A DNA stretch of 45,237 nt from Coriobacteriaceae bacterium (GCA_031256895.1 JAIRPR010000165.1:1-45237); one strand, 5' to 3'; counted from the stretch's first letter, positions 40,001 through 45,237 are shown. Notes: generated from the sequence alone by a model not told the origin. Program-made: numbers and translations.

Positions 40001-41881
40001 GCCATGGGCAGCGCCGGCCTTCCCGAGTATCCCTTCTGCGGGATGTCCTGCCCCCCGGCTGTGCAGGCGCAGGGTGGCGAGGGCGCCTCGGCCGACGGAG
40101 GCGCCTCGGCCGACGGCGCGGGCGGCGCCATGCGCCTCGGCTACGGGCTGTCCTGCTACCTGAACGACACCAGCTTCACCGACGTGCAGGTGGCCATGGA
40201 GTTCGACGGGGAGGGCAAGGCCAAGGCGTCGTACACCTACGGCAATGGGCGCATCATGGCCACGCTGCCCGACGGCGCCATGAGGTCGTACCTCTACGAC
40301 GGGCGGGGCAGCGTGGCCCAGGCCTTCGAGACAGGGGCGCCGGGGTCGCCCGCCGCGGCCCAGGGCCAGGCGCAGCCCCGCGCCCAGGCACCGGGCGCCG
40401 TCGCGCACTCTTACGCCTACAGCCCCTTCGGGCAGGCCTTGGGCGCGGACCCCTACCTGCCCGCGTTCACGTACAACGCCGAGGACCACGCCCCCGAGGC
40501 GGGGCTCACCTACCTGCGCGCCCGCTACTACGACCCTGCGGCAGGCTGCTTCACCTCCAAGGACGCCTTCCTCGGCCGCACGGGCCAGCCGGCCTCCCAG
40601 AACCGCTTCGCCTTCGCCCAGGCAGACCCCGTGAACAACCAGGACCCCTCGGGGCACGCCGTCACGGCCAACGCCTACGAGCGGGGCATGGAGGCAGCAG
40701 GCGGCATCAACGAGATATACAACTTCTACGTGGGCCGCACCCTGCAGGACTCCTACAACAGCGCGAACGCCGCCTTCCGTTCCCAGCTCGGCAATGCCTA
40801 TGGGGCAGACCACACCTCCCTCGAGGCGGTGAACGCCATAGCGCAGGTGTCCCAGGCGTGCGCCAACCGCTACATAAGCGCGGGCGCGGCAGCCGCCGGG
40901 CGGGCAGGCTCATCATGGGGCTGTGCCCCCGGCGCGATCACCGGCCAGGCCGTCGCCGCCTTCTCTGCCGACGTGGGCGCCGCAAGGGCCACCGTGAACT
41001 CGCTCATAGCCAGCGTCAAGGCCAACAAGCAGCACCAGTACGAGGAGTACCGGGCCTACCTCGAGGAGCAGGCGGCGCTCGCGTACCGGGCGCAGGCACA
41101 GGGCCTGGCCGCCCTGGACCTCGTGCTGAGGGGCATGTACGGCCCTGCGAGGGGCTTGGGCGGCGCTGCCGCCGCAGGCATCATGGGAGGGATGGCGCCG
41201 CTCAGCCTGTTCGAGGCCGAGGCCATGGCGGGGCTTCGGGTGGTGCGCCCGTACTGGGACTTCAGCTACCCGGGCGGGATGCACGCCAAAGTCGTGGGAT
41301 ACCTGGCAGGCAAGCATGGCCTTGAGCAAGAACAATCGATAACCAAAGGGAGCAGGTACGACCTGTACAAGCCTTTGACGAACGAGGTATGGGAGGTGAA
41401 GCCCGTCACCTACATGCCAGGCTCCCACCTCCATAGCGCCCTGGTGGATCAAATGAAGAGGTACAAGGTGAACGGAGTAAAGGAGGGGCATCCCCTCGGG
41501 AACGAGAGCCTGGTCCTGGACGGCTACCAGGTGAGGACCTACAGCACGGATCATACGGGATACGTCTATTACAACTTCTGGCGCGACGAGCGCCCGCAGG
41601 AGCAGCAGGCACGCCAACGCGAGCTGGTGAGCGAGAAGAGCCTGCGAAACGTCGTGGTGAACCCCTTCAAGAATGCCACGCTGGGCTACTACGAAGACTA
41701 CTACGCGACCCATCCTGCTGCCACGGTCACCTGGTCGGACGGCCTGATAGTCACGGCAGGGATAATCACCATCGTTGTGGGCGGTACCATCATCGGCCTT
41801 TCGGGAGGGGTGGGCTCACCGGCAGGAGTCGCCGCCATATGCGCTGGGTCGGACATGGTTGCCGTGGGCGCCATGGCCTGA
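31088..41881 (+). CDS. Giant Rhs/YD-repeat polymorphic toxin (N-terminal polytopic region, DNRLRE-like and LysM-like modules, Rhs shell, variable C-terminal toxin)
   Basis: Single open frame 30959-41881. The start is uncertain (ATG 31088 with GAGAGG upstream; alternatives 31181 and 31403). The Rhs N-plug is PVNMCTGNFYLEQTD...FGRGWS. I counted more than 60 YxYDxxGR-type repeats by hand. The Rhs core end is YLRARYYDPAAGCFTSKDAFLG...ADPVNNQDPSGH. The LysM-like segment is YRVREQDAIPYLAAHYGVPLATVAADNRLGDSLAMPGDTLFI. Confidence 0.92.
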   Translation: MEADRTRSRGLRPRGARPGGRLGGRKPDEKDMTGHSAPGSAMGRPGTPGSAMGRPKAPHEAPGRRRPAAARRAPAYGHGAHGGQAHKACARKAACCGTVPVTGKGMAARRHGAHGRACGAHAPCGGGLALALRLALALGGFALAALLWSALTGLLSLALATFAIGALGVSRIQAAVGAFALAGALALAPLLLHAVFLAAMRGYRGGAWAQARGWAHRAGASLARFYPRVLARLACCLAAGGCITLGTGTLPLPWPLQAAGCALLAATGVAALVLVGRLYLRPGARPGPGGGVRLPARPRTAAATGGAPGRAVRALLSVALAASLLPSGLPSRAPGAGAVAAVPQAQAPAAAPLAPAGRPAAPNSYEPSGSGDGQGGMPAVAPAAIAAPEAPQGALAEVAHDRYSRTYLNRDGTYTTRVQSEPLTFTDVDGVERDIDNTLVLRDGAYTNRANGFSVTLPSEGGAVTVEKDGLTLAARPLFATLKGAFAQGSAVRYNGAAPGIDLEYRVCGGSLKEDVVLAMPTGLEAFEYVLEAPGAAFFAEAGRVLVFHGGSLGPDGRPLAGAEPALAIDAPLMRDAQGQASTAIVLELREAPAGAAEDGAQAPGGAADAQGAAAAAAPEGGQAGAPAAAAGGAAASIGTAICGPVGAPGPLPGTPGGGAVVPCAYRDAALLRIAPDREWLMAPGRAYPVTIDPSHALAGGSISQGVVQAFAGWSSGPDLEHSVPYLYVGLEDGSLVGTPGVTYGQSWSYVRINDVAPYVAGLPDRAVLSATLAAYKYAGAPGSAGAMVDARMVCAPWGGDGRHTWNNRPAGPGGLAYLDSQAVPQGKGWMRFDVTDAFKEWRRDPAANRGVMLTPRSEAQPAVCLSGTGNAHGAQALYIDLSWTVPGPVDEGMALAAPQVALRPLADKGPAPAQAFAGLFADGLVRPALRVDYVLERLPAGPGGTGAPALAVAQGAYPKAEYEPLYPDSDPFLGEAPFTLGYHGLSESNWQTGLFPAALIGLDTCYRVRARGVRVPDAWANPGGTAEETPWGASDAFLVYRVREQDAIPYLAAHYGVPLATVAADNRLGDSLAMPGDTLFIRGPRTDAPYTRPFEPTLEHRRAIVYANMGRSQTSEFDMEPVNMCTGNFYLEQTDAASLDYGREFRIARSYNALAPQAAGPFGRGWSSVLTQSLTARADGGVAYTGEDGRLVMLTPQEGGWAGPDGSGYVLESHGGAGTVPGGDGADGTGTGGAGAGSGGSGTGTGGAGAYTLERPDGITLTFDAWGMLAAVTDLHGLAATLDRDQDSRLVRVTSPAGRVFGVGTDASGRISRIDLPDGAALRYSYDEQGYLVSATDADGATVRYEYDGNGQMSAWYDGTGARVAANAYDGQGRVVAQTDALGSTSTVAYGEGVTVLTGADGSETAYGYDGLLRATSVTRGGAAVHKSYDAQGRLSSETDALGRTAAYSYDEGGRLVRVTRADGSFQEAAYDGRGLPLRVRGLDGAVTENAYDDDGCLVAVTYADGASRGFSYDALGRVASMTDEEGATTTFAYDGTASLTVRDPLGNETVCHYDAMGRLVTETGPTGLERRTSHTPGGRVAGIGGSGGASASYTYDAAGRCIAATDARGTATTCSYDAAGRPVLVTGPLGQRIAYTYDACGNKASEADALGNTTRYSYDAFGRPVAVTDALGATEAFAYDAAGRVSWSADKAGNVTTYGYGPTSDVPEREEGPQGVTERTFDAEGRAVHVRLPDGSAHSYAYDARGRLVSDTDQAGLAISYAYDRAGRLTAASDSAGRSFSFAYDAAGRLTAMGDPLGRRSAYAYDGAGRLATATAPGGLVTAYAYDAEGRLASVTRPDGTTESYAYDAAGALASATDAAGNTTLFHYDAAGALAATVDALGTTTTYAYDERGLPVLVRGPLQEATAFAYDALGRPVAVTDALGNTTQACYDARGLVVKVTAADGTWQSYGYDAAGRLVQAEDGAGLLARHSYDGLGRLVRTEGPQGLLAAYAHDPYGRTVSETDALGRRRELSYDAWGGLVEEVGFNGDRTSYGRDLLGRVVHVSSSTGPAFSYAYDEAGNPSERTDASGRRESFSHDALGRVVRAVDAAGQERTFAYDAVGNPVLEADQLGAVWQAGYDAAGRLVSWTDGEGASTAYSYDLSGNLTAVTDPEGGTWGYSYDALGRLVQSTDPLGRATSFAYDALGRTAAVESPAGGVTSFAYDGRGNPVKETDPLGYVTARAYSPEGWLLSATLPGGLVQGYEHDRIGRVTREYDNAGRSASYTYDARGDLVRVADQDGATASFAYDRAHRPVVQTGPGGARTLYSYDERGNLAAAALPGGARYAYTYDALDRPVTGTNGIDAPFTFSYGARGGLASAAQGELSWSWSYDKASRLTGATAPGGASEAWEYDGRGLPVSHTGRDGAAMRYTYDAARQLTGATDALGNARTWSYDAGGNLASATDALGNTTAYSYDLRGSLVQVRDPLGRTSEYACDAMGNTVSARRFAAEGAPAAPAAGQGLGQGMGWSYGYDLHGNLVAATSPTGGTERFTYDAASRLIGATAPSGRSVSYRYDRAGRLAGKGYSDGSTPVAYSYDQAGNRVAMEDATGASSYAYDALGRPASLTQADGRSLAYAYDAYGRLASVAYPGGKEVSYAYGQDGSISAVGDSQLGETRYSYDAAGRMAGCERPDGTATSYTYDALGRLERLVNTRGGVLLSSFAYTYDAEGRIATEGSWQAPAQGAGAPRAAVRSFSYDAAGQLSGCTEDVGGDRSTTSYAYDAMGNRVSETVEAGGTATRVESSYDAQGRLVRQHDSGSGAATSFEWDADGNLVAKRRGGGGAAAAATGYLYDAEGRLVAVSRDGALVMAAAYDGDGNRVLQAYRQPAPLGGAPGLPTTPAPLPLPALGTAAEQPPAANAGRTQAQGFAGHAFEYGMGLGLASLACAPALSFAPLAQHLFTEAFNACAAFWGDWQRGAAPAGPGGEAGPAMGSAGLPEYPFCGMSCPPAVQAQGGEGASADGGASADGAGGAMRLGYGLSCYLNDTSFTDVQVAMEFDGEGKAKASYTYGNGRIMATLPDGAMRSYLYDGRGSVAQAFETGAPGSPAAAQGQAQPRAQAPGAVAHSYAYSPFGQALGADPYLPAFTYNAEDHAPEAGLTYLRARYYDPAAGCFTSKDAFLGRTGQPASQNRFAFAQADPVNNQDPSGHAVTANAYERGMEAAGGINEIYNFYVGRTLQDSYNSANAAFRSQLGNAYGADHTSLEAVNAIAQVSQACANRYISAGAAAAGRAGSSWGCAPGAITGQAVAAFSADVGAARATVNSLIASVKANKQHQYEEYRAYLEEQAALAYRAQAQGLAALDLVLRGMYGPARGLGGAAAAGIMGGMAPLSLFEAEAMAGLRVVRPYWDFSYPGGMHAKVVGYLAGKHGLEQEQSITKGSRYDLYKPLTNEVWEVKPVTYMPGSHLHSALVDQMKRYKVNGVKEGHPLGNESLVLDGYQVRTYSTDHTGYVYYNFWRDERPQEQQARQRELVSEKSLRNVVVNPFKNATLGYYEDYYATHPAATVTWSDGLIVTAGIITIVVGGTIIGLSGGVGSPAGVAAICAGSDMVAVGAMA

Positions 41882-41927
41882 GACAATGTACAGAAAAGCT
41901 AGACAGGAAGAAGAAGGGAGCAAGGCC

Positions 41928-43184
41928 ATGCTCAGGAAGTTCAGGGTGTACGAGTTCAAGGTGCCGAACAGGCAGGAGTACCGAAGTCTCATAAGGGGGC
42001 TCGCGGGCGGCTACGCCCACGGCGGGCTGCTGTTCGAGGTGTACGGCCTCGACTGGTTCGAGGGCGCCCCGCCGCCACTCGAGCAGATGGTGGCATCCAA
42101 CAAGGTGATAGGCAGGAACAAGGGGCTCGGCAGGTACGCCTGCGCCCACAGCTTCACCTATCAGGCGGGGTCGGCGCCGGGGCCGGACGGCACGGTGGAG
42201 TTCACCGACCATCAGAGCACGTCCCTGGCGCTCTCCAACCTGGGGGGCGCCTGGGACGAGCCCAACCCCTGCGTGCCGGAGGGCGATGTGGGCTTCCCCG
42301 AGCTCGATGCACTCCTGCGCACGCTCACCAGGAGGTCCTTTTCTACGCTGCTCTTCGTGATCGACGGCATCCCCTGGTTCGGCGCCCCTGCCCGCCCCGC
42401 CACCTACGGCCTCAGGAAGGCGAGGGGCAAGTACGAGTGCGCCCTGGGCTACCTCTCGCCCTCGATCGCCGTGTCGGTCATAGGCTACGAGAGGAGCTAC
42501 ACGGTGCGCGCCTGCTTCGAGGTGACCCCGCCCGAGGGCGCAGGCGGCGAGCCCGACGAGTCGGCGCACCTCGCCCGCCTTGTGGCCATGCTGGGCAGGC
42601 CCGCCTCGGCCACGACGCACTACGCCCCCGGCGACGAGGCCGACAGGCCTTTGTGGGACCTGGCCGGCAGGCGCTTCGAGGAGGAGATGGCGCGGGTGAG
42701 GGGCTGCCACGACGAATGGTGCCGGGGGCTGCCGCACCGGGTGGAGGGCAAGCCCGTGCCGCCCTACTACCTGACGCCGCCCTACACGAGGCCCGAGAAC
42801 GTCACCAAGGCGACCAACAAGGCGCTGGCGCAGGCCATGAAAGACGCCCCATGGAGGAAGGACCCCCGGCCGTCTGAGGACGGGCAGTGCTTCGTGCGCC
42901 GCGACCGCTTCGGCAACTCCTTCGACCTGCGTGTCTTCATCAGGAAAGAAGGGTACTACGTGCAGACGGCGCTGGACTATTGCGGCGCGATCGACCCGAC
43001 GAAGATGCTCAAGATGTGGATCGGCCTCGGCTGCAAAGAGATGTACGACACGGCCGAGGTGCCCCTGTTCTTCGAGAACGTGCTGGCCTTGGCAGGGCGC
43101 TACTTCGACGCCCTGGAGGAGGCGTACGGGCGGGTGATGGACGAGACGGGCGCCCTGGCCTACTTCCACCCCGACCTCGCCTGA
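41928..43184 (+). CDS. Hypothetical protein; candidate cognate immunity protein of the Rhs toxin tip
   Basis: First ORF downstream of the Rhs stop on the same strand. ATG 41928 has GGGAG 7 nt upstream (an alternative ATG at 41886 has no SD). 418 aa with no TM segment and no motif I recognise. The track version (41775) overlaps the Rhs 3' end and is probably too long. Confidence 0.6.
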   Translation: MLRKFRVYEFKVPNRQEYRSLIRGLAGGYAHGGLLFEVYGLDWFEGAPPPLEQMVASNKVIGRNKGLGRYACAHSFTYQAGSAPGPDGTVEFTDHQSTSLALSNLGGAWDEPNPCVPEGDVGFPELDALLRTLTRRSFSTLLFVIDGIPWFGAPARPATYGLRKARGKYECALGYLSPSIAVSVIGYERSYTVRACFEVTPPEGAGGEPDESAHLARLVAMLGRPASATTHYAPGDEADRPLWDLAGRRFEEEMARVRGCHDEWCRGLPHRVEGKPVPPYYLTPPYTRPENVTKATNKALAQAMKDAPWRKDPRPSEDGQCFVRRDRFGNSFDLRVFIRKEGYYVQTALDYCGAIDPTKMLKMWIGLGCKEMYDTAEVPLFFENVLALAGRYFDALEEAYGRVMDETGALAYFHPDLA

Positions 43185-43454
43185 TGCCCGAGGCCGCCCG
43201 GAGCCCCCGCCCGCCAGCCAGCGGGGGCTCGCCCAACCTGCGGGAGCAGCCTTCGGCCAGAGGGCTGTCCTGCCAGCAGGGGAGCCATCGTTGTCAGCAC
43301 AGGGTGCGCCGTCCCGCCTGCCCGCTAGGAAGATCTCGCTTGGTGCCTTCTCCTGTGCGTCAACCAACCTGTCGCCACGAGACTTTCCTTCGCGGCCAGG
43401 ATCGAGGTGCGCAACGAGCAACAACCGGATAATTTCCAAAGTAACCGCAACACT

Positions 43455-45073
43455 GGGGGGTGCTGAAAAAACTTGGACTCAGAAGAGACAGGAGATTGTC
43501 CATGCACACGCAAGAGCAACGTCAAAGAGCGGTCGAGGCGTTCCTCGAAACCGGCTCGTATGCGGCTGCTGTCAGGGCCATAGGCTGTGGGTCGCGATGG
43601 TCTGTGCAGCGCTGGGTCAGCGACTACGGGAAAGACGGCCATGTGAAGGCAGGGCGCACCAAATGGCTCAAGTTCCACTGAGGGGCAGAGGCTTGCCGCA
43701 GTGAGCCACTACCTGGGCAACGGGCATAACGCCTCTGAGACCATAAGGGCGCTGGGCTGCCCCAGCCACACGCTTTTAGGCGCTTGGACAAAAGGGATCG
43801 CGCCAGAGGCTGTAAAACCAAGGAAGGACAGGGTAGAATGCTCCTTGGAGCAAAGGACCGCCGCCGTGGCCTCGCTATGCGACAAAGAGCGAACCGTGGC
43901 CGATGTCGCAAGGGGGACAGGGGCACACAAGGCAGGCCTGCACGAATGGAGAGGACAGCTGCTCGGGAAGGAAGTGGATGCCGTCTTGCCGGACAATGAC
44001 GAGGCCCCATCGGCCGAGAACGAGGACGACCTGCTGGGACGGATCGCCGCATTGCGCAAGGAGAAGGAGGCCGTCGACAGGGAGCTGTACCTGGCGAGGC
44101 TTGAGCCCGCAGTCCGGCAAGGAGCGCTCGAACTGATAAAAAAAGACCCGGGCATCGGCCTGGAGAAGCTGGACAACAGAGAAAGGACAGTCCTTGCCGA
44201 TGCCCTGAAGACGACGTTCCCCCTGAGTGACCTGCTGCCCATGCTGCGTCTGCCCAAGAGCAGCTACTACTATCAAAGGGGCGCGATCGCGAGAGGCGAC
44301 AAGTACGCGGTATTGCGCCAAAGGGTGCGCGTTGTGTCCCAGGACAGCGGCGGGTGCTACGGCTACCGCCGCATACACGCCGTCATCGTCCGTGACGGCA
44401 CGGTCGTCTCGGAGAAGGTGGTGGCCAGGCTGATGGCAGAGGAAGGCATGGCTGTCAAAGGCAGGAAGAGGCGCAGGTACAGCTCCTATGCAGGGGAGAT
44501 ATCGCCAGAGGCCCCCAACCTCCTGGAGCGCGACTTCCATGCCGGGGCGCCCAACGACAAATGGCCCACCGACATCACGGAGTTCCGCATACCGGCGGGC
44601 AAGGCCTGTCTCTCGCCGATCATAGATTGCTTCGACGGGCTTGCGGTGTCATGGACGATAGGCACAAGCCCCAATGCCGAGCTTGTGAACACGATGCCCG
44701 ACAAGGCCTTGGCGTCCCTCGGCGAAGGCGAGCTGCCAAAGGCCCACAGCGACCGAGGCTGCCATTACCGCTGGCCGGGATGGATCGGTCGGATGGGGGG
44801 CGCGGGGCTTGAGCGCTCCATGTCAAAGAAGGGCTGCTCGCCCGACAACGCTGCATGCGAGGGGTTCTTCGGGAGGCCGAAGGACGAGTCCTTCTACGGC
44901 AGGTCATGGAAGGGCGTGGCCATTGATGGGTTTGCCGCAAGGCTTGATGCCTCTATACGATGGTATAATGACGTGCGCGTCAAAAAGTCATGGGGCTGCC
45001 TCAGCCCCATGGAGTACAGGCAAAGCCTGGGTCTGGCGGCCCAGGCGAGTCCAAAAAAATGTCCGCACCCCCC
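43455..45073 (+). mobile_element. IS3-family insertion sequence (about 1.6 kb)
   Basis: Imperfect terminal inverted repeats: left GGGGGGTGCTGAAAAAACTTGGACTC (43455-43480) versus right GAGTCCAAAAAAATGTCCGCACCCCCC (45047-45073), sharing the outer GGGGGGTGC and inner TTGGACTC blocks. The interior encodes HTH and DDE transposase segments. No target-site duplication could be identified. Confidence 0.7.
43502..43681 (+). CDS. IS3-family transposase N-terminal HTH fragment (OrfA part 1)
   Basis: ATG 43502 with AGGAG upstream. MHTQEQRQRAVEAFLETGSYAAAVRAIGCGSRWSVQRWVSDYGKDG is an IS3 OrfA-type HTH. It ends at TGA 43679-43681, while a second, similar HTH continues in the +1 frame. Confidence 0.7.
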   Translation: MHTQEQRQRAVEAFLETGSYAAAVRAIGCGSRWSVQRWVSDYGKDGHVKAGRTKWLKFH

Positions 45074-45237
45074 AGGGGGGTGCTGTGCCACTATCAGGGT
45101 AGATGCAACAGAATCAGCCGATAAAGGGCTGGCGGGTGCCCAAAAGGCTGCATTTCGCCGGTGTTGCGCTGTGTTTGAGGGCATGCTTGCGCCAGCCCCT
45201 TGCCCATCCACTTCCAGAGAAAGCGCAACGGCCCGTG
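43701..45237 (+). CDS. IS3-family transposase main frame (second HTH + leucine-zipper-like region + DDE integrase core). It has no in-frame stop before the window end and is absent from the supplied ORF track.
   Basis: I translated this frame by hand (codon starts divisible by 3). It is open from 43647 and the first start-like codon is GTG 43701. Translation: ...EGQRLAAVSHYLGNGHNASETIRALGC...LLGRIAALRKEKEAVDRELY...LPKSSYYYQRG...YGYRRIHAVI...APNDKWPTDITEF...HSDRGCHYRW...SPDNAACEGFFG...LSPMEYRQSLGLAA. Homology ends near 45040, but the frame stays open through the right IR to nt 45237. Confidence 0.75.
   Translation, partial: MSHYLGNGHNASETIRALGCPSHTLLGAWTKGIAPEAVKPRKDRVECSLEQRTAAVASLCDKERTVADVARGTGAHKAGLHEWRGQLLGKEVDAVLPDNDEAPSAENEDDLLGRIAALRKEKEAVDRELYLARLEPAVRQGALELIKKDPGIGLEKLDNRERTVLADALKTTFPLSDLLPMLRLPKSSYYYQRGAIARGDKYAVLRQRVRVVSQDSGGCYGYRRIHAVIVRDGTVVSEKVVARLMAEEGMAVKGRKRRRYSSYAGEISPEAPNLLERDFHAGAPNDKWPTDITEFRIPAGKACLSPIIDCFDGLAVSWTIGTSPNAELVNTMPDKALASLGEGELPKAHSDRGCHYRWPGWIGRMGGAGLERSMSKKGCSPDNAACEGFFGRPKDESFYGRSWKGVAIDGFAARLDASIRWYNDVRVKKSWGCLSPMEYRQSLGLAAQASPKKCPHPPGGCCATIRVDATESADKGLAGAQKAAFRRCCAVFEGMLAPAPCPSTSRESATAR

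Noticed and set aside
31351-41325. Many long alternative-frame and antisense ORFs overlap the Rhs gene. Examples: 31351-32487 +, 31925-33706 -, 33469-34725 +, 33734-36307 - (857 aa), 38600-40813 - (737 aa) and 39511-41325 + (604 aa).
   Set aside because: They lie in 70-85% G+C DNA, where stop codons are rare in all frames. Their translations are Arg/Pro/Gly/Ala low-complexity strings with no motifs. They fully overlap a frame with unmistakable Rhs/YD homology.
41790-43439. 549-aa minus-strand ORF antisense to the candidate immunity gene.
   Set aside because: This is the same GC-driven artefact (an Arg/Gly/Pro-rich translation). The plus-strand ORF has an SD-preceded ATG and sits in the expected operon position.
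45065-45085. GGGGGGTGCTG immediately after the right IS end repeats the first 11 nt of the left end. This could mark a second abutting IS copy, a circle junction or a target duplication.
   Set aside because: Only 11 nt are shared, and the following sequence diverges from the IS. The motif is also part of a palindrome with the right inverted repeat itself. The window ends too soon to decide.

Overview
This 45.2-kb window looks like chromosomal DNA from a moderately high-GC Gram-positive actinobacterium. A Coriobacteriia/Eggerthellaceae-like origin is my low-confidence inference. It rests on a Tat-exported lipoprotein flavin reductase, an extracytoplasmic multihaem cytochrome/molybdoenzyme, and the general protein style.

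Housekeeping and metabolic genes:
- rpsA, rplM-rpsI and the divergent pair metA/metY.
- A nitroreductase and an acyltransferase-3/SGNH protein.
- A GntR - permease - class-III aminotransferase - kinase cluster.
- A PII protein, an ornithine cyclodeaminase plus aminotransferase pair, and an MFS pump with a MerR/GyrI regulator.

Accessory material is interleaved with these:
- A low-GC XRE + AlbA_2/Schlafen-type cassette (0.4-2.3 kb).
- A low-GC C5-methyltransferase + HNH nuclease cassette directly after the rpsA terminator (4.4-6.3 kb).
- A three-ORF extracytoplasmic trihaem-cytochrome/sulfite-oxidase-family operon (27.6-30.4 kb).
- A very GC-rich island of about 12 kb (30.9-43.2 kb), which is the most striking feature. 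It holds one Rhs/YD-repeat polymorphic toxin gene of about 3,600 codons. The toxin has a polytopic N-terminus and a C-terminal tip with a PD-(D/E)xK-like motif and a glycine-rich hydrophobic tail. A 418-aa unassignable ORF (candidate immunity) follows it, then an IS3-family element.

The main IS3 transposase frame has no stop codon before the window edge, so the supplied ORF track does not list it.

A recurring oddity is short tandem duplication (periods about 34-40 and about 70-76 bp) that copies the terminal codons, including the start or stop codon, of neighbouring genes into the intergenic spacers.

I found no rRNA, tRNA or CRISPR array. All family assignments come from motif reading of the translations, not from database searches.
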